A stretch of 64,000 nt of DNA from Eledone cirrhosa. Lineage: Eukaryota. Position 1 is the first letter of the stretch, and each line of letters begins with the position of its first letter. A model generated the notes under the pieces. The model saw only the letters and a list, made by a program, of their open reading frames with translations, did no database searches and was not told the origin of the DNA. Location of the stretch: NCBI GenBank assembly GCA_964016885.1, contig OZ024741.1:206398001-206462000 (forward strand), read 5' to 3'. Both the position numbers and the translations under genes were made by a program. Below, in pieces: positions 59,794 to 64,000 of this stretch.

Positions 59794-62700
59794 TGTTCTT
59801 TGAGTCTCAGTCATTGATGTTACTTAACTGGAAAGTTTGTTGAAATGAATATCAAGCCGATACCTGCAGGCTCAGATATTCAGGACATGTTCCCAGCTAG
59901 CATGCCTTTTGAAGTGTTCCAAAAAGCGGATGGACTACTCTTCTTTAACCATCCTCTGGAAACTCTTTGAAATAGTACCTAGTGCACCTATGAAAATCGG
60001 GACGACTCTGATTTCATGGCAGTTCCAAATCCTTTTTAACTCCCACTTTCAATCCTGGTATCGGTTAATTTTCTCCCTCTCCTTTTCTTGCACTCTCGTG
60101 TCAAATGGGCAGGCCACATCTACACTCAGGCTCGAATTCTTTTCCTTGTCCAAAACCACCAGGTCAGGTCTATTGTGTTCTAATTCTTTGTCTGTCTGTA
60201 TCCTAAAATCCCAGAGCACCTTCACCTGATCATTTTCTCTCACTGACTCTGGCTTATGCTCATACCACTTCTCAGAATGTGGTAAATTGTTTACTTTGCA
60301 TAGATGCCAGTAGATCACCTTGCCTATCAGATCATGTCTCCAACCTTTATAGTGAGTCTGGGCTAGGTGTTTACACTCGGATACAATTTGAACCACAGTC
60401 TCCTCTCTCTCTCAACAGATCCTACACAGTGAGCTAGCCTCCTCCTTGTCAAAATGGTGTTTCACCCACTTCATTCTGGGGGCTTGCTCTTGCGCAGCCA
60501 TTAGCATTCTTTCTGTTGCTCTTTTAAGGTCTCCTCTTTTTAACCAGTTTCATGTCTGTGGATCTCTAAATTCCCTTTTCTTAAAGAAGGTACTATGAAG
60601 GGAGTTTTCATGAAGGTTGTTCTTCCTCCCTGGACATCCCTTGGTCTCTTGTCTTCTCCTTCAGTATAATTTTGAGCATTGGCTCCCTACTTGTGCAGAT
60701 TCCTCTATGCTGATAGGACCTCTTCCACCTTCAGTGCTCTTTAAGTAGAGTCTATCGACATCACTCCTCTTGTGGAACATGTTGTAGATAGATTTCTTTA
60801 TTAGCCACAAGGGCGCAACAAGAAAGGGGACAATACAAAGACATGCCGGGGATTTTACATACAGTCGTGTAAAAAAATATAAAAACAAACAATTTCAACA
60901 ATCGAAATCCCCAATAGGGGGGAGGCGCCACAAATGGGTTGTTTAATACCCCGTCGATAGAACAACCCTCAACTCAAGGAGCGTGTTGTGCAAGTGCTCC
61001 TTTCTTCCTTTTGCTCTCTTCCTCAACCTACAGGCTTATAAACAGAGAAGGCCCAATCACTCGGGCCATTTTCGCTTCATTCACCCACCTTTCAGTAAAT
61101 TTACTGGGGTGCAGTGCCTCTCTCTCCACCCTGATTCTCCTTCTAAAGTGATACTTAAAGAATTGTTGTAGATAGTCAATAGCTTCCTAGTCTTCCTATC
61201 CATTTCTTTTTGTTCAGCAACATTCCATTTCAGAATTCCCGCACTGTACCTCATAATAGACACAACTCGGGAATTTACTGCACTTATGACATTCCTACTA
61301 TTTAGATGTGATTTTAGTACGCTCCTTACTCTCCTTATGTACTCAGATCTTATCAATTCCTTCATTTTTTTGTTCTTGATGTCAACTGCCCCCAGAACAC
61401 CTAAATATTTGTATCCTTCCTCAGTGTCATTTTCCTCTATCATCTCACGTCTTGGTACCTGGATTTCGTTGCTTCTGCTCAATTTACCCCTCTTCATCAC
61501 TAGGAATACACACTTACTAATACCAAATTGCATACATATATCATTGCTGAAAATACGGACAGTGTCAACAAGTACAACCAACTCCTTCTCACTCTTCCCA
61601 AACAGTTTAAGATCGCCCATGAAGAGGAGGTGGTTGATGGTAAGCCCCCCTTTTCTCAACTTGTATCCTGCTCTCACTTTTCGCAATATAACGGTCAGGG
61701 GTATCAGGGCAAGGACAAGACCAGAGGGGACAAACTATCACCCTGGAAGATACCTCTCTTGATCTTAACGCCTCCCAAGGATTCTCCAGCTGATGTTAAT
61801 TCTGTCTCCCAGGACTTCATACTTTTGCTCAACAACTGTCTGATGTTATCTGCCACCCTGAAGATCTCTAGGCTTTTGGTTATCCAAAAATGAGGTACCA
61901 TGTCGAATGGCTTTTTGTAGTCTATCCAACCCAAGGCAAGACCAGTGTGTCTCCTGCAATTCCTCATTACCCCTTATCAATAAGTAACTGGTCCTTTGTA
62001 CCACGGGACTTCTTTCGGCATCCGTTCTGTTCGTCCGGTAACAAGTTGTTTATGTGGAGGTGATGGTAGATTTCTTCAGACACAATGCTTGTTAACAGTT
62101 TCCATATTAGGGACAGATATGTTGGTAACATCATTACCCTTGATTCGGTCTTTCATTACCAGAACTGTGGTACCTTTTGTCAACCACTCTGGTACTTCAC
62201 CCGACATCAAGCATTCATTGAACATGGTTGTCATTTTCAGGTGGAGGGATGTTATATTTTTAATCCAATACCCTTGCACACCATCTGTGCCGGGTGATTT
62301 CCAGTTGGTAAGTTTTTTGGCCTGCCCTTTAAGAGTTTCAACTGTGATACTCAAATCAGGTTGTTGGTGTGCTTGTTCACTAATCTCTTTTTGAGCTGTC
62401 TCAATCCACACTGCCTGACTATTATTTTCAACATCCTGCTCCCATATTCCTCTCCAGAATGTCTTAGTCTGTTCCGCCTCAGGGATCAAGTCGTTGCCTC
62501 TTTCTTTCTCTTCAAGCTGTTTAAACAACATCTTCTTGTTGTTGTCAAACATGCGGTTCTGTCTATACTGACTGACTCTGCTCTCATACCGCCTAATCTT
62601 TTCACTTTTTGCTACAATGCGTTGCTTCAGTTCCTCTTTGATAATATTTAGCTTTTTCCCCCTAGTTTTGTACTTTATTTTCAATCTATCTTTAGTGTCT

Positions 62701-63350
62701 ATGTTTTGTAGTGTCCCATTCACAAGGACGCAAGCTTTCCAATGTCTTTTCTCATTTCCTTGATTTGATCATTCAGTCGTTTCTTCCACCAAGGTTCTGA
62801 TCTTTCTTGTTTGTTGTTTCCTCTCGTTTTTATGCCAAGTAATTTCCTCACCACATTTGCGGTTACTTTGAGGATATTGTTGCATTGGTGAAGGTTCCTC
62901 GCCTCAAAGTATGGGATGACATTGTTTACCTTAGCTGTTGTTTCTTTTAACTTTTTCCTGTCTACAAATCTTAGGTTCCACTATCATTGTTCATTTCATC
63001 TACCACCAAGTTCAGGTTATCAACCAAATCTTGTCCTAGCCCGTCAGATTTCATTTCCTCAATGGGTGTATCTTTGTTCCAGATATTATTTATTTCAGCA
63101 TTCAGATCATTGTCTGCTTCGGATGCTTCCTCAGGTCTCTTAACCTTCTCACCTTCATTTCCCACTGGCTCGTTTGGCTGACATACTCCACTCTCCATTT
63201 CCAACTTAATCACCACCGGTGATTTCATCACTCCCGGTCATTTTAGCGTGACACCATCACGCTATAGACGAACATAAATAAATAAACAAATAAATAAATA
63301 AAAACATTAAAAAATAAACATAAGTTCCATTGTAATGTTTGAATGTCTGA
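59794..63350 (-). mobile_element. Dong family B degenerate copy B4, interrupted by a Tx1 fragment
   Basis: ORF pieces homologous to B2 throughout. Confidence 0.9.
60792..61163 (-). mobile_element. 5'-truncated Tx1 3' fragment with 12-bp target-site duplication
   Basis: Encodes the ORF2 C-terminus homolog and ends cccttgtggctaataaagaaat; TGTTGTAGATAG at 60780-60791 and 61164-61175. Confidence 0.88.
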
Positions 63351-63571
63351 CAGTTTCTTTTTTCCCTTTTGTTTTTCAAAGCCAATAACATCGGTTCCTA
63401 GTGTTGTTGTTGCTGCTGGTGTTTTTGATTTTAGCTACGCTAGGCTCGTAGTCATAGCAGCGAGGGAGGTAGGGGGTGTTGCGTTCAAAACTTTTGAAAT
63501 TTGTTTTTCTTTTGATGTTGCGTTTGTTTTTGTCTGTCTTCTGTTCTGTAATTTTTCGACTTGTTGCTTAT

Positions 63572-63683
63572 CATTACTGGTACTTTATTTTATCATCCTT
63601 ATAAGGTCGATAAAATAAAGTACCAGTAATGCACTGGGTAATTGCTGGCCTTGTGCCAAAAGTAGAAAGAATTATTATTATTA
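63572..63683 (+). mobile_element. SINE 3' fragment with inverted 5' duplication
   Basis: SINE tail followed by (ATT)n; 23-bp perfect inverted repeat. Confidence 0.8.
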
Positions 63684-64000
63684 TGGTTGACGGAGGCTCG
63701 GCTCTGTAAGGTATTGTAATTTTTAACCGTTATAACAATTGTAAATTGTTTAAAACTTGCATCAAATTGTAGATAAAGACACCCTCCTCCTCGTGAGAGG
63801 GGTCTTTCTGCCCGTTATTTGGTCCTTTGGGGTTAAATAACCAGTTATTGGGGATTTGTGCCCAATATTCATTTTAAACCGTAAAAAAACATGGCTACAA
63901 AGAAGAATGTTTACAAGTCACTCCCACTCATTCCGTCTTCTTCTTCCCCAATCGTCACTACGTCAGAGAAAAGATTGTCTCTCTCCCTCCATTCTCTAAA
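63684..64000 (+). mobile_element. Probable 5' end of another Tx1-type element (runs off the window)
   Basis: Starts after (TTA)n; has tattggg..cccaata hairpin and aaaaacATGGCT as in the T1 leader. Confidence 0.5.

Noticed and set aside
63775-63807. CCTCCTCGT resembling an HDV-like ribozyme L3
   Set aside because: It folds as a simple hairpin (aaagac/gtcttt); I could not build P1, P2, P1.1 or J4/2.

Overview
AT-rich eukaryotic (metazoan) genomic DNA made almost entirely of nested retroelements and microsatellites. The SINE type and repeat landscape resemble octopus genomes, but this is recognition from memory, not a database result. No intact host gene could be supported. Contents: (i) seven R4/Dong-clade RLE non-LTR retrotransposon copies from two families (A and B), one with an intact 1130-aa ORF, mostly bordered by (TAA)n; (ii) a head-to-tail array of five Tx1/L1-clade elements (ORF1 zinc knuckle; ORF2 APE-RT) plus further fragments, on the opposite (TTA)n strand of the same microsatellites; (iii) two Neptune-type Penelope-like elements (RT + GIY-YIG), a solo pLTR and a 324-nt tandem retrozyme, all beside (TA)n tracts; (iv) tRNA-derived SINEs, a Helitron end, a mariner-type MITE and hAT-like ends. 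The most interesting signals are: eight minimal hammerhead ribozymes plus one degenerate candidate, five of them with a compensatory U3-A8 core in two unrelated pLTRs; splice sites bracketing Tx1 ORF2; a 3' tail shared by the SINE and Tx1; a 5' leader shared by the two Dong families; and strand-polarised sharing of (TAA)n targets.
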